Shown: positions 39,950-56,706 of the stretch, in pieces
Numbering within the stretch: position 1 is the first letter of the stretch
Layout: the number at the start of each line of letters is the position of its first letter
NCBI GenBank assembly: GCA_951406725.2
Contig: OX597821.1
Span: 93,682,001 to 93,746,000, forward strand
Source of the DNA: Octopus vulgaris
Taxonomy: Eukaryota
Length of the DNA: 64,000 bases
Reading direction: 5' to 3'
The notes under the pieces: generated by a model
Databases searched by the model: none
The model's input: only the letters and a program-made list of their open reading frames with translations
Told to the model about the DNA's origin: nothing
Translations under genes and position numbers: made by a program

Positions 39950-40422
39950 AGTGTCTGCTGTGTGTAGTGTCTGGAGTGGCAGTCACACATACAGTGATTG
40001 CATTTGAAGGAGGTCTCTGCCGGCACTACTGGTTCTTCCTTCCGTCAAACGTACTTTTCTTTTGTGGCGACTTCCTGCTTTTCTTGCCCTCACTTCATCC
40101 CCTTTCACAGTATTTGTTTTCAGTATGGGCAATCATTTGCAGCCTCCTCCCATCTCAGGATGTCCAGATCAAGTGACTTCATATCTCTCTTGCAGGCATC
40201 CTTGAAACGAAGATGAAGCCGTCCTCATGTTCTTGTGCTCATTGCCAATTCCCCATAGAGAAGGTCTTTTGAGATCTTCCTGTCCTGCATGCAATGTACA
40301 TGGCCAAGCCAGCACAAACGTTGCTGCTGGATCAGGGTGAGTATACCAGGTATCTTGGCACAGTTGAGGACTTTGGTGTTGGTGATGTGGTTGATCCACC
40401 TGATATCCAAGATGTGTCTGCA
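39950..40422 (-). mobile_element. RTE (BovB-like) LINE C-terminal fragment
   Basis: CRHILDIRWINHITNTKVL...QQRLCWLGHVHCMQDRKISKDLLYGEL...GR..LRFKDACKRDMK. Confidence 0.9.
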
Positions 40423-41318
40423 ATATATACAGTCAAAGTTTTTGTAGCTGAACAGGGAACTAGGTACCGGGTTACAAGACAAAAACTGAAAGTCTATGGC
40501 TTTTAAAGAGTAAGATAGGGTGTGTTGAGTTAGAAATTTAAGTGACAAGTTAGAATATTTAAACAAACAACTGCCCTAGCGAGATGAGGGAATTAGATAA
40601 GTAGATAGATAAATTACTACACTTTCACATAAGATAATAAGTTGTTAGTTGAATTTTGATTTCAGGCCAATTGAAAATATTTAAGTGTCTACTTTGGCAT
40701 TCTATACAGATTATTATAAAAAAAAAATGCAAGAAATACTAGCATGCACACACATACCCACGAGGATGGTTTATTGGATTATCAATTATTAATTGCAAAT
40801 TTAAATCCATTAAAATAATTTTGTTGTGCCTCTGGGCTAAACTCCCTCCCTCAGTTGTCTGAGCTACCTGAAATAAATGCTAGATTTTCTTTAAAGACAA
40901 AAAAGAATTAATCAAACTGATACCATATTTCTGTTGTAAAATCCAAACAATTAACTATTTATTGCTCCTATGTGAGAGAAAAATACGGCGTGGGGGGATA
41001 GACAGAAAGACAGAGCGACAGACAAACAGACAGACAGACAGACAGAGAAAGTGTGTGTATGAAAAATAGGGAAAAATACAAATGCGTATAACTATGAGCA
41101 TATACATATTAATATGAATATATGTCATTATGTACGAAAAGTTTGAAATATGTATGTGTATGTATGCAGATATGTAGGTCTCTGTATGTGTAATGTAGCT
41201 TTTATATACATGTGTATAAATAGTTATGATTGTGTATATATATATATGTGTATATATACAAATGTATGTATAAACAAACAAACGAAAACAATCTAGAAAG
41301 CCATAATATGAGTGAGTA

Positions 41319-41356
<38 letters not shown>

Positions 41357-42821
41357 GCATATGCATGTATACAAATATGAGCACACGTGCACTCACACAC
41401 ACGTGTGAGTATACATATATACATACATGCATATTTATGTATATATATATACACACACACAGACATATATATACACATATATACATGAATATCTATGCAT
41501 GTATGTGTGTATATAGAAATGTGTGTGTATTTATATATGTGTGTGTGTGTGTGTATATATATATACACACATACCCATTATTTATATATATATATAATAT
41601 GCATGAATACATTTGTGTGTATGCCTTATTTTTAGTTATTACAATGTGTTCCTATGTGTGCTTGATTGTGTATAGATACTTACATGTGAGTTCACCTTTC
41701 CATATGAAGGCACACTTCATATGATGTCAATAAAGTACAACAACAACAACAACAACAATAACAGACAACACCACCTCCATCACTGCCACTAACACTTCCC
41801 TGCCTATAATCTTCAAGCCGAGACAATGTCTCTTAATAGTTCTCCATATATCAAAAAAGGAAGACATTTCTGGAAATAATTGTGAAGGAATTTGAACCAA
41901 AATGCTACAAAACCATTGAATATATAGAAAAACACCCCTAAAGAGCAATAATTTTCAGCAATAATAATAAACATTAATTTTAATTCTTCATTCAAAAACA
42001 AGTATTATAAAACAAAATTATATTTTCCGATTTTTAATACTTTTGCTTGTTAATCTTTATGGCAAAGTTAAGGTGGGCATGTGTGTATGTGGGGCGAGAT
42101 TATTTTGCCTTTCTTTTTTGTTGTGTTTGTGTTTATGTTTTTGTTGTGTGTTGCTTATTTTTACTTTTTGTTTGTTTTTGAGGGTTTTTTTTTTGTTTTG
42201 GTTGTTTCTTAAAAAGTGTTTTATTCCATTTTATATTACTTTATTAAGGTAATTTCTCGGGAATGAAATTCACTTTCAGAAAGAAATGTCATTCTAATGA
42301 AATGGTTTGGCATCTATTTATGAAATATATAGCACTTCAATTGGGAAAGGAGGCAAGAGAGGAAAATATATACATCAGCATAGCATTTTCACCATTACCC
42401 TTCACCAAATACTCACCAACACCATTTTTATCACCAGCAGCATTAAGATGAACCAGAGAAGAAACTTCATTAGCTAATGAGTAAAACCCTTTGATATTCA
42501 AGCTGTTGATATGCCAACAACTTTCTGGGGACTTTGTAGCATCCAGTTTTGAGTTCAAATCTATCCAATATCAAATATGTACTAAACAGTGATAAAAATT
42601 ACTAAACAAGAGAAACACTTTTTTATATAAACCTGTCTGAAAACACTCCTGGGTCTGCAATAGAAAAGTTCTATATTAAAGTGATATAAATGAAAACCTT
42701 TCATCAAAATTTCATGTTAATTTTTGTTCCAAACACCAGCTTAATAATGACAACTCTTGATTGGCAATGCATTTTCCATGGATCTAAACATTTTAAATGT
42801 AATGTTTTGATAATATAAACA

Positions 42822-42968
42822 TTAGCTTGCTAACCAACCACATGGTTCCGGGTTCAGTCCCACAGCGTGGCATCTTGGGCAAGTGTCTTCTGCTATAGCC
42901 CCGGGCCAACCAATGCCTTGTGAGTGGATTTGGTAGATGGAAACTGAAAGAAGCCTGTCGTATATATG

Positions 42969-43005
<37 letters not shown>

Positions 43006-43223
43006 TTGTGTGTCAGTGTTTGTCCCCCTAGCATTGCCTGACAACCGATGCTGGTGTGTTTACGTCCCCGTCACTTAGCGGTTCGGCAAAAGAGGCGATA
43101 GAATAAGTACTGGGCTTACAAAGAATAAGTCCCGGGATCGATTTGCTCGACTAAAGGCGGTGCTCCAGCATGGCCGCAGTCAAATGACTGAAACAAGTAA
43201 AAGAGTAAAAGAGTAAAAGAGTA
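42822..43223 (+). mobile_element. CORE-like SINE (slightly 5'-truncated)
   Basis: Matches the 12259 family, with a (GTAAAAGA)n tail. Confidence 0.9.
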
Positions 43224-43425
43224 AATAAATTATGTTTTGTTAAACATAACTAGTCTAGGAACTTTTTAATACCAGATTGTAGTTCAGTTGATTGAACAAC
43301 AAGAATATTCATGTCAAAGATGACGGAAAAACTAAAAAAATAATTTTATTTGTGGAAGTGGGAAAAAGTTAGGGTGGCAAAAAGAATGAGACAAATACAT
43401 ATATATAAAAATTAGCACATTCTTT

Positions 43426-43812
43426 TAGTCTTTTACTCTTTTACTTGTTTCACTCATTGGGCTATGGCCAAGCTGGGGCACTGTCTTGACGGGTTTTGTC
43501 AAAGAAATTAACCCCTGTACTTTGCTTTTTTTATTTGGTTTTTAAAGCCTGTTTTTTCCAGAACTACTAAACTATGGGGATGTAAACAAACCAATACCAG
43601 TTGTCAAACTGTACTGTGGGGACAAATACAAACACAAAGATGCACACACACATAGAACAGCTTCTTGAAATTTCTGTCTACCAAATCCACTTACAAGGTC
43701 TTGGTCAAAATAGAGTTAAAGTAGATGCTTGCCATAGGTACCATGCAGTGGGATTGAACCTGGAACAATGTGATTGGAAAATAAACTTCTTACCACACAG
43801 CCACACCTGCAC
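43426..43812 (-). mobile_element. CORE-like SINE (older, diverged)
   Basis: Reverse-complement match to the family head and tail. Confidence 0.75.
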
Positions 43813-44299
43813 CTATTTTTTTTTTTAAAGTTAATATTGATAAGAAAATATTAAAACTGTTAATCATGACTTTTCTTATTGAATGAAAATTAGGAATTAT
43901 TTTTTCTTTTTGTAAAACACATCTTGAAGAGTTACATGGTTATTCAAACAGTTTAAAGTAGAGTATTTTATAGCTAAATGTTTGAAGTTAAAAGCATGTT
44001 TTCTTGAGTCATTCCTAGTATAGTAATAATTTTGCCTGAAATATCATTTGCTCAAATCTCTAATCCTCTTTTGCCAACTTTATACTGAGCCACTGTGTGG
44101 TTTCTAACTCAAATCCAAGCAAGCATTAAGATACCTTAGTAACAGAATGTATTGAATTCCCCCCTCTCTCTCTCTTGACCATGTAACCATGTACCATCTC
44201 TCTATAGCAAGATACATGTTTCTGCCTGTCTGTCTCAGTCATACTCTAATTTTTCATCAAGATCACCTCCCCTAATACCCCTTCCCCTCTCAAAATTCC

Positions 44300-44520
44300 T
44301 TGTCTTGCAAGTTACTTGGTGACCCTGCCAGTGCTGGTGCCATGTAAAAAGCACTCAGTCCACTTTATGAGGTGGTTGGTGTTAGGAAGGGCATCCAGCT
44401 GTAAAAACCAGGCCAAAACAGACACAGTAGTCCGGTGTAGTCTTCTACCTGGCTGGCTCCTGTCAAACAGTCCAACCCATACCAGCAATGAAGATGAGCG
44501 CTAAATGACGATAATGATAA
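44300..44520 (+). mobile_element. RTE-type 3' tail element
   Basis: GTAAAAAGCAC...GGTTGGTGTTAGGAAGGGCATCCAGCTGTAAAAAC...CCAACCCATACCAGCA. Confidence 0.7.
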
Positions 44521-45664
44521 CAGAAAACAGATCAAAATTTTAAAATGAAGCAATAGTGATATGAGTAATAGTAGTAGTAGTAGCAGTAGTAATAACACCA
44601 AAAGCTGTGATAGTAGTGGTAATATCTGTATGTGATAATACAGACTGTTGTTGGTAGCACTTCATGAAGTGAAAACAGAGATGTTATGAAAATAGAGATA
44701 ATATAATACAAACACAGCTGTGTGGTTAAAAACCTTGCTTCCCAATCTCTAGGTTCCTGGTTCAGATACTTGCCCAAGGTGTGTGGAACCTTGGGCAAAT
44801 GTCTTTTACCCTGTAATACTGGACTGACCAAAGCCTTATCCGGGGATTTGGTTGAGAGAAACTGAAAGAAACTCATTGTACATGTGCATGTGTGTGTGTG
44901 TGTGTGTGTGTTTGTATGTGTGCAAGTTGGTGTCTCCTTGTCTTGCCATGATATGATTGTTGTAAATGAGTATCACCGTCATACAGGCAGTGTCTTTTGT
45001 AACCAATCAGCCATGAAAACATATCTCATCATTGGAAAGCATTACCATAATTGGAAACAGGCAAAGGTTGGCATCCAGCCATAGAAAATTTGCCTCAACA
45101 AAATCTGTCCAACCCATGTAGGTATGGAAAAGAGGATGTTAAAATGATGATGACAATGATAATGATGATGATGATGACGACGACAATGATGATGATGACA
45201 ATGATGATGATGATAATGATGATGATAACAATGATGATGATGATGATGATAACAACGATGATGACAATGATGATGATGGTGATGATGATAACAATGATGA
45301 TGACAATGATGATGATGATGATGATGATGATAACAATGATGATGACAATGATGATGATGATGATAACAACGATGATGACAATGATGATGATGATGATGGT
45401 GATGATGATAACAATGATGATGACAATGATGATGATGATGATGACTGTGACAGTGGTGGCAGTGGTTGTGGTGGTTGTGGTAATTTTTTTTTTATTTCAG
45501 CTTACTCTTGCATAATTCTGAACATAATTCAAAACTGAAACAGTTCTTCACTTGAGTGTTTGGAACAGATACAAATCTTTTCTGAGCAAGTCACCTGTAG
45601 CCAGCTGTAGCTTCCTGTCCAGAGCAAGTTGTATCTCTTAATTGCATCATCGGAAAATAATAAA

Positions 45665-45744
<80 letters not shown>

Positions 45745-45879
45745 AGATTTCTTTTGAGTAATAACAGCAATAATAATAATAATAACAACAACAACAATAC
45801 TTAATAATAATATATAATATATAAAAATGGTAACAATTCCAAAATGATAATGATAATAATAATAATAATAATAATAATA

Positions 45880-45924
<45 letters not shown>

Positions 45925-46803
45925 AACAAATATAAAAAGAACTCAACAAAATACCTGTCCTATGAATCTCTTTAAATTATGAGAGAATTACCAATTTCTT
46001 TCCAAGAAATCTTTTAGAAACAGAAAACTTGAATTGAACATGCTGTCTCTAATTTTGTAACCAGCTACAGTACCCCGAACAGATCAAGATGACATTGTTT
46101 ACTCAGACAAAAGTTTTATTTTGACACACACAGTACTTTAGATTCAATCAGATATCAGGATATAAAACTATGAGTTTACTTTGTTGAAGAAAACAGAAAC
46201 TGCCTCAAAGATTTAAAATGCAACAGTAGCTAAGGTATTGAGATGTGATAACGAAAATAACAGCCAATAGCACTGGAAATAAAAGAAATAAAGGTGTTCG
46301 ATCCTTTGATTTTTGTCTTCCTCTCGCTCCAATAGATGTTTCCATTGGAATCATTGCTTCTAAGGGTTTTCTATAAACTTCAGAAAGATTCCTTCTCTGT
46401 AAACTAAGAATTTCCAACAATTGGGGATGGCACAGGAACAAGAATAAAGTCAAATCTATTTCTATTAAAGACATGAGACAACTTGCAACAATATCATAAA
46501 CATATATATCTATATAAGGAGTGGGGGGGTATGTTTGTGTGTATTGTGTGTGTGCATATATATACATATACATACATATATACATATATAAACATGAGTA
46601 TAGGGTGTCTAGAAAATATACAAACACACATTCTGTATACCTACACACATACATACATACATACATGCATGCATGCATACATACATACATACATACATAC
46701 ATGCATACATACATACATACATACATACATACATACATGCATACATACATACATACATACATACATACATGCATAATACATACATACATACATACATACA
46801 TAC

Positions 46804-46834
<31 letters not shown>

Positions 46835-46908
46835 CATACATACATACATACATGCATACATACATACATACATACATACATACATACATACATACATACA
46901 TACATACA

Positions 46909-46940
<32 letters not shown>

Positions 46941-47764
46941 GGTATTATATATACATACTTATTTTATATGATAAATATTCATGATTCTTCTAGTTTGTTC
47001 AGTTTATTCACATAAATATTGCCATAGCTCTAATGTATGTTAAATATTTCATCAAGCATTCTCAGTGATAAATACTTTGATTTACTCAGTTTGTAGATAT
47101 GCAAGCAAAAATATACAAATAAATTTATATATAAGTGTTTGTGTGTATAATATGTTTTTATACATCTGTGTATAAACATATATGTATCTATATAGGAAAT
47201 AGGGGGTATGTGTGCCATATATAGGGAGTAGGGCTATGTGTCCCCCCTGCCCATACCATTTTCGTTACCCTTCTCCACACCTTAGTACCTTTCAAACATA
47301 TCACTCCACCTCCCACTTTTCATACCTATTCTTACCTTACATACTTATCTTTTCCTTCTATCCCTCCCCATATTCCTTTTATCCTGATAGTTCTCCTCTT
47401 CCATCCCCCTCCAAAATCTTGACCACTATCTAGCACTCCTTTTTTCATTTTTTCTTCTTCTTTCTTTCTCCTTTCCTCCCCTATTCCTTTTGACTAATAC
47501 CATTCTCCTCCTAACACACATATCTATTCTCTTCTCTTTATCTACTTACCTATACCAGTGTGTTCTGAGAATTTCATTCACACTACAAGACCCCTTTGAA
47601 TGAACAGCACATAAAATTTATGTCTCCACACTATCTCACTATCTGCTTGTAAGACTATCTTTCTCTTTATAAATGTTCTATAAATTTCACACAGCCTTGG
47701 CTTTGTTGTCTCATTTTATTGAATATATATATATATGTGCGTGCGTGTGTGTGTGTGTGTGTGT

Positions 47765-47801
<37 letters not shown>

Positions 47802-47999
47802 CATGTACATACACATACATATATACATATATAAATTATAGGGTGTCCATACATATCGTAGGTAATATATATACATATCTATTTTATATGATATATATTC
47901 ATGTTTCTTCTAGTTTGTTCAGTTTATTCACATAAATATTGCCATAGCTCTAATGTATGTTGAATATTTCATCAAGCATTCTCAGTGATAAATGCTTTG
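46941..47999. repeat. Direct repeats of about 140 bp (46941-47079 and 47861-47999), possibly decayed PLE pseudo-LTRs
   Basis: TTCTTCTAGTTTGTTCAGTTTATTCACATAAATATTGCCATAGCTCTAATGTATGTT...CATCAAGCATTCTCAGTGATAAAT occurs twice, 920 bp apart. Confidence 0.8.
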
Positions 48000-48268
48000 T
48001 TTTTAGATGAAGTAAGATTTATTTTCTTAAGCTTGTATATGTCTATTAATTCTCCCTCTTTCTCTCTCCCCATCATACATTTATTTATGTGTGTATGTAT
48101 GTGAATGTAAATATATGTGTATATGCATGAAGGGCATCCATCCATAGAAACCATGCCATAAGAGACACTGAAGCACAATGCAGCCCTTAGACCCAAATCA
48201 AATCTCATCAAACAGTCCAACCATAGAACATGAGTGTTAAATGATGATGATGATGAATTATATATATA

Positions 48269-48304
<36 letters not shown>

Positions 48305-48325
48305 TGTGTGTATATATATGTGTGC

Positions 48326-48380
<55 letters not shown>

Positions 48381-48419
48381 CACATATATATATATATGTA
48401 TGTATGTATATATATGAAT

Positions 48420-48460
<41 letters not shown>

Positions 48461-48524
48461 GGGAGAATTCACAAAAAAAAACAAAAGACAAAGACAGATG
48501 GTGTAGACAACAAACAGATGTATG

Positions 48525-49050
48525 AGCTCAAATTCCACCGAGGTCAACTTTCATCCTTTCGGGGTTGATAAATTAAGTACCAGTTACGCACTGGGGCCAG
48601 CGTAATCAACTTTATCCCTTTGTCTGTCCTTGTTTCTCCCCTCTATGTTTAGCCCCTTGCGGGCAATAAAGAAAAAAGAAACGTTAGCATGCCAGGCAAA
48701 ATGCTTAGCAGTATTTTGTCTGTCTTTACGTTCTGAGTTCAAATTCCGCTGGGGTTGACTTTGCTTTCATCCTTTCAGAGTCGATGAATTAAGTACCAGT
48801 TGCATACTGGGGTTAATCTAATTGACTGGCCCCCTTCCCCAAAATTTCCAGCCTTGTGCCTAGAGTAGAAAAGAATCATTAGCACATTGGACAAAATGCT
48901 TAGCAGCTTTTCATCCGTCTTTATATTGTGAATTCAAATTTCGCCAACTTTGCCTTTCGCCCTCTCAGGGTTAATAAAATAAGCACCAGTTGAACACTGA
49001 AGTCGATGTAATCGACTTAACCCCACCTTTGAATTTTCTGGCTTTGTGTC
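48525..49050 (+). mobile_element. Head-to-tail trimer of Deu/Nin-domain SINEs
   Basis: Three successive TCAAATT...TCATCCTTTC...AAGTACCAGTT-like units with different tails. Confidence 0.8.
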
Positions 49051-50688
49051 AAAATTTAAAAACAAAATATTCAGCTTCTCGTGTAGGCAGAGATGCAAAT
49101 TATGCAGTTATGAGCTTCATGTAAGTATAGAGGTCATAGTCGAGATGTTGAATCATTTTTTCGTCCAGATAATACAAAAGAGAGAGTAGGAGTTTTCCTT
49201 ATGCTTGTGATAGGCTGCTGTTTATAGCTTGTCAGGTATCATACAGAGCAGGCCTGACCAACTGGAATTCATTGCAGGTCACTTTAACCACAGAAAGTTT
49301 TTTGAGGGCCATTTGTGTACTTTATGAACTAATAGTTGAATCAAGAAATTTTCATACTTTTTGTTTGTTTGAAATTATAAAATTGTAGGCTATTGCTTTA
49401 TTGCCATTTATATTATTTTTAATTTATTTTGAAACAAATTCTGTCGTGTCTGGGGAGAGTCATTTTCTTTTTGTGCCTTATAATGTTACACACTCACCAG
49501 TAAAATTTCCACTTATTTCTTATTTTTATTTTCCAAAAATTTTCGTTGCTACTTGCAGCAAAGCACAAAAAGAAAATGACTCTCCCCAGACACAACAGAA
49601 TATGCTTCAACACACAAATTCATATAAAGAATCTTGCAAACCAAATCCAAAAACGAAATTTGAAACAAATGTTTTACACAAATAATTTAATTTTGAAATT
49701 AAACACAATACTTCAAGAAAGTATCAAGCAGGCTGCAAGATAAAAGCCAGGTTGGCCAGCCCTGATACAGAGTCACTGCTGTTGATCTTCCTTTCAGTTT
49801 GAAGTTAGGTTATTTTATTATTATTTAGAACTAAGTCAGTAATTATTGAGCACACTTATGATCAAAGACATTACAGTCATGACCATCCCATATTTTAGTA
49901 ACACATGTAAGATTACATTATCCAATACATCCAACCATATTTTAAAGAGAACAAGATGTGATTTGAGTAAGATTTAGTTGCTATATCTAGCAACTTAAGT
50001 AACCACATTTCAGCTCCTCCCTGTTTAATAATAGTGTCTGCAGTACAGACGAGGGCAATGAGTTTTATTTTAGAAGACAGAAGGTCTGTGGAGAGTAGGT
50101 CGCTTGGTTTAGAAAATGAAAAAAAAGGAAGAAATTTTTAAAAAATCGACCTCAGTGCAGTTATGAACTCAGAGTCAATAAGATACCAAACTTAGAATTC
50201 ATTTGAGAAGCTTCAAATCCTGAATAACTATGTTTATGCAAAAATTCTACCACAGCTATCATCAAAGACACCTTCGCCAACATCACCACCACCACCACCA
50301 CTACCACCACAACCATCACCACCACTGCAGACCTGTTCAAATGATCTGATTTGTTATTTCCTCTTTATAATTAATTATCTTTTATTCGAACTAATTTCAA
50401 ATAAATTAATAAGTATAGCTTCAAAACAGAAGCTTCCTTCAAAAAAACAACAACAACAATTTAAGGAAGCAATTATTTACTTCTTTACATATTTCATTAT
50501 GTTTTAATTGCTACCATCTTGCACTGTAAATCAAATGATAGGAGAGAGGAGAGATTTGCACTCAAATTATACGTGTGTGTGTGCGTGTGTGTGTGTGTGT
50601 GCGTGTGTGCGCATGTATATGCACACATGCACATATATATGTGCATGAGTGTGAATACATTCACACACACAGACACACACACATGCAT

Positions 50689-50722
<34 letters not shown>

Positions 50723-50879
50723 CACATATATATATATACATACATACATATATACATATATATGACAAAATAGATGGACTGAGAGATAAACAGATAGATA
50801 CACACAGCACACACACACATATATATAAACATATATAATATATGAATATGTATGTATATGTATAATATATATGTATAGA

Positions 50880-50957
<78 letters not shown>

Positions 50958-51613
50958 TATATAAAGATAGATATAGATATATATATACATATATACATAC
51001 GCACATACATACATGCATGCTTACATACATACATACATACGTACATACATACATACATACATATATACATACATACATACATACATACAATCCACACTCT
51101 TTTTAAAATAATATAATTTAGTTTCTATGCTTTTTCATGTTAATATTTAGCTTGTACTTTCCTTTCATCATTTTCTTTCATTGTTTGTTTGTTGCATTTT
51201 GTATTATTTTTTTTTGTTGTTGATTTTTATTTTTATATTTTTAATTTATACTTTGTTGATTTTAATTTGAGGTTTTTGTTCTCATTAGTGCAAATAAAAA
51301 AAATTGCCAATCAAGAGTGCTTGACAGCTTAGGTTTGATCCAAATTCAAATGCTCCACTACACACACACACACACACACCACATACACACATATTTAAAG
51401 ACATATATCTATAGCTATACATATATATATATACATATATATATACATACATACACATGCATATGTATATGCAAATATATATGTACTAATACAATGAATA
51501 TATATGTGTGTGTGTATATATATATATGCATATACATATATGCATATGCATGCAAATATATATGTACTTATACAATGCATATGTGTGTGTATATATGTAT
51601 TATATGTATATGT

Positions 51614-51669
<56 letters not shown>

Positions 51670-51979
51670 TATATTATATAGTATATATATTATATACTTT
51701 ATGAATATTATATACTTACATATATATTATATACTTATATGTGTATATATATATAAATGTACATATATGTATGTGTGTATATATATGTATATGTATATGT
51801 ATGTACACATTATATACTTATATATGTATTTATGTATGTATACATATAAGTATATCTATGTATGTATATATATATATATATATATCTATTACTATATATA
51901 TATATGTATATGTATATATATATATGTATATATATGTATGTATGTATGTATATATATATATGTGTGTGTGTGTATGTGT

Positions 51980-52024
<45 letters not shown>

Positions 52025-52731
52025 TGTATACATACTCATCCACACATATGTAAATAGTATGTTTTATGGTAGGTTCAGTAATTGAAGGCACTCTATAAAT
52101 TCACAATTAATTGCTTTTATCTTTTATATAGTAACTTATTTGGTTTCTGTTTGAACCTCTAGTTTCATATTCAAGCAAATATGTTTGACTTAGAGGAGTA
52201 ATCCATTTCATTTAACATCGTTTTTGATTCTAGCATGGTTCAGATAGAAGGAAAAATTAGGTATTTTTCAAATATGGCACGGTTTTGTTCAAGGGGAATT
52301 CAGAAGTGCAAAATTAGTGATTTGTTGAACAAACAATACCAGCTCAGTTTTGAAACAGGTACATCCCCAATTGTTGCAGCAACTGGTGACATCATACTCC
52401 TTAACACAGTTTAATACATTCATTATCTTTCACTTGTTTCAGTCACTTGACTGTGGCCATGCTGGGATACCATCTTGAGCTGAGGCACTGCCTTGATACA
52501 TAAACATAAAATGCAAAAACACACACTCATTAATGCACACAAAAACATATATATAGACATATGTCAGGCTTCTTTCAGTTTCCATTCACGAAATTCCTTA
52601 AGAGGTACAAATCAGGGTGCCACGCAGTGGGACTGAACCTAGTACCATGTGGTTGGGAAGCAAGCCTCTTACCACACAGCCACTCCTGCACCTGTATATA
52701 TATCTGTAGATAAATGATAAAAGATTATATA

Positions 52732-54617
<1,886 letters not shown>

Positions 54618-54637
54618 TATATATATTTTTTTGTTTG

Positions 54638-54939
54638 TTTGTTCCTTCTCAAGCCACGCCTGGCTCATAAGGGCTGGTTTCCCGGTTTCCTTGGCGTATA
54701 GGTTCCCCACCTGGACGGGACGCCGGTCCGTTGCAGGTGAGCTGCAAGATGCAGGAGGAAAGAGTGAGAGAAAGTTGTGGCGAAAGAGTCAGCAGAAGTT
54801 TCGCCATTACCTTCTGCCGGAGTCGCGTGGAGCTTAGGTGTTTCGATCATAAACATACACATCAGCCGGTCTGAGATTTGAACCTGCAATCCCTCGACCG
54901 CGAGTCCGCTGCTCTAACCACTAGGCCATGTGCCTCCAC
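54638..54939 (-). mobile_element. Full-length tRNA-derived SINE with V-domain-like core
   Basis: Minus head GTGGAGGCACATGGCCTAGTGGTTAGAGC...GGTTCAAATC, core CTGCAACGGACCGGCGTCCCGTCCAGG and (CAAA)n tail. CpG-rich, so probably young. Confidence 0.85.
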
Positions 54940-54977
54940 TACGGTATATATATGCTAACAGACAGACAGACAGACAA

Positions 54978-55090
<113 letters not shown>

Positions 55091-55419
55091 TGTGGTAGTG
55101 ATTCAATGTAGAATTCAAAGTCAAAGTTCAAAGATTGAGTCCAGAGGATGATGTAAAAATGATAAACATTATAAAAGATAACACACAATGATCAAAGACT
55201 CATAAAAATGACATTCATTTAATGCTTCAATGGTGAAAGAGAGTATCTTAACATTAACTCATGTGTTCATATCCACACACCCAGCAACCCTGGTCACCTA
55301 CCATGGAATATAAAAAGAACTTTTTTTCAGCTTACCGTTCTTTGATATGAAAAATATCCACAACCTTCTGTCTCAATAAACTACTATTGTCCCTGAAAGT
55401 TGTTTTTTTTATATTTTCT

Positions 55420-55810
55420 ATGGATTACTTGAAGCTACCTGTACGCAGTTTGCTGTCTTACTTCAGATACCATCTGAAGAGCAAGATGGGGCTGGAGAGG
55501 AGGACCCTGCCACCGAGTGAATACGAGAAACGATGGAAGGAAGTGATGAGAAAGGTGGGTGTCAGTAACCCAATTTAATCATTGATGAAAGGAAAAAACA
55601 GTTGCCGGGCCTTATAAGCTGCCGGGTTTGATCTTTTTGAACTTTTATTCATTTTCTTCCGTTGTTTTCGTTTAAAAAAAAAGTTCTAGTCTAAGGTAAA
55701 AATAAGTAAATTTTTAATAAAATGCTCATTCGAACTCATTTAACATTTTTGTATTTGTTTGTCTTGTAATGTCCTTTTCTATGTACGATCAGTTTGATCA
55801 TAATAAAGAT
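55420..55810 (+). mobile_element. Tx1/L1-like LINE 3' fragment (ORF2 C-terminus plus 3' UTR)
   Basis: LLSYFRYHLKSKMGLERRTL...YEKRW resembles Tx1-type ORF2 ends, followed by a T-rich UTR ending AATAAAGA. Confidence 0.6.
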
Positions 55811-56311
55811 TTTATGTCTAGCAGACAAGTATCCATCACTGAAGATGACCAAAACGAGGTCAAAATCACATGATACGGTGCCCTCAGGTCTAGAACAATA
55901 GGGAGTTCTCTCCCTATTTGCAATATATATCTAGGGAAAAGCACACTGAATAACCAGCAGGAGGAAGCATCCTCCTGGAGTTAAAATAGTGTCATCTTTT
56001 CTTATAGAATATCGTCATTTAGATGGTGATAAACATTACTTAGGAATACAAGGCTCTTCTCTGAATGGTCACAAGTCCATCACAAAATTATCTCCACACC
56101 TTGCTTAAGGGCACAATGCACCACCCAATCCAGGAATTGAATCCATACCCTTGTCAGCATGGCTGCAGAAACAAGTAAAAGATAGAAGATATAAGATATC
56201 CTAAATAAGTCGATGTGCAATATTCACTGCATTTCTTCTTGCTGAACATCATCAGATATCATTTTTGTAGTTATTGCTTCTGTTGTTGTTATGATTATTC
56301 TTCTGATGTAA

Positions 56312-56706
56312 TCTCTATATATATAAGCTGAAGTTGTCTGTGTATGACAGGTTTGGTAGCCTTCAACTAACACTATCTCCTCCAAGACCCTACGGTGCAA
56401 GTTGACCAAAATTGAGAGTATGATAGAAGAAGGCTTGCTCTTCCTTCTGTAGAAGAAAAAATTCAAATCGGACCATGTTAAGACCAAAAATTATTTACAT
56501 CAAAAAGGTGGGTTTTTTTTCTATGAAAATCCCTATTTTTTACGATTTTTTTTACTGCTGTGTCGCCATTTTTCGGTGTATTTCAACCAGGAAAATGTTC
56601 ACTTAAAGAGAATAACAAGCGACATAATGCAATATTTTTACTTTTCAAAAATTTCCAATTCTAAAGGGTCGAAACAAACCCGAGCAATGCCGAGCAATAC
56701 TGCTAG
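56312..56706 (+). mobile_element. Non-autonomous Helitron (different internal sequence)
   Basis: A|TCTCTATATATATAAG start and end ACAAACCCGAGCAATGCCGAGCAATACTGCTAG|T. Confidence 0.8.

Noticed and set aside
42337-42558. 73-aa minus-strand ORF of normal complexity; likewise 61330-61508
   Set aside because: No recognisable motif or clear splice signals, and the length is compatible with chance.
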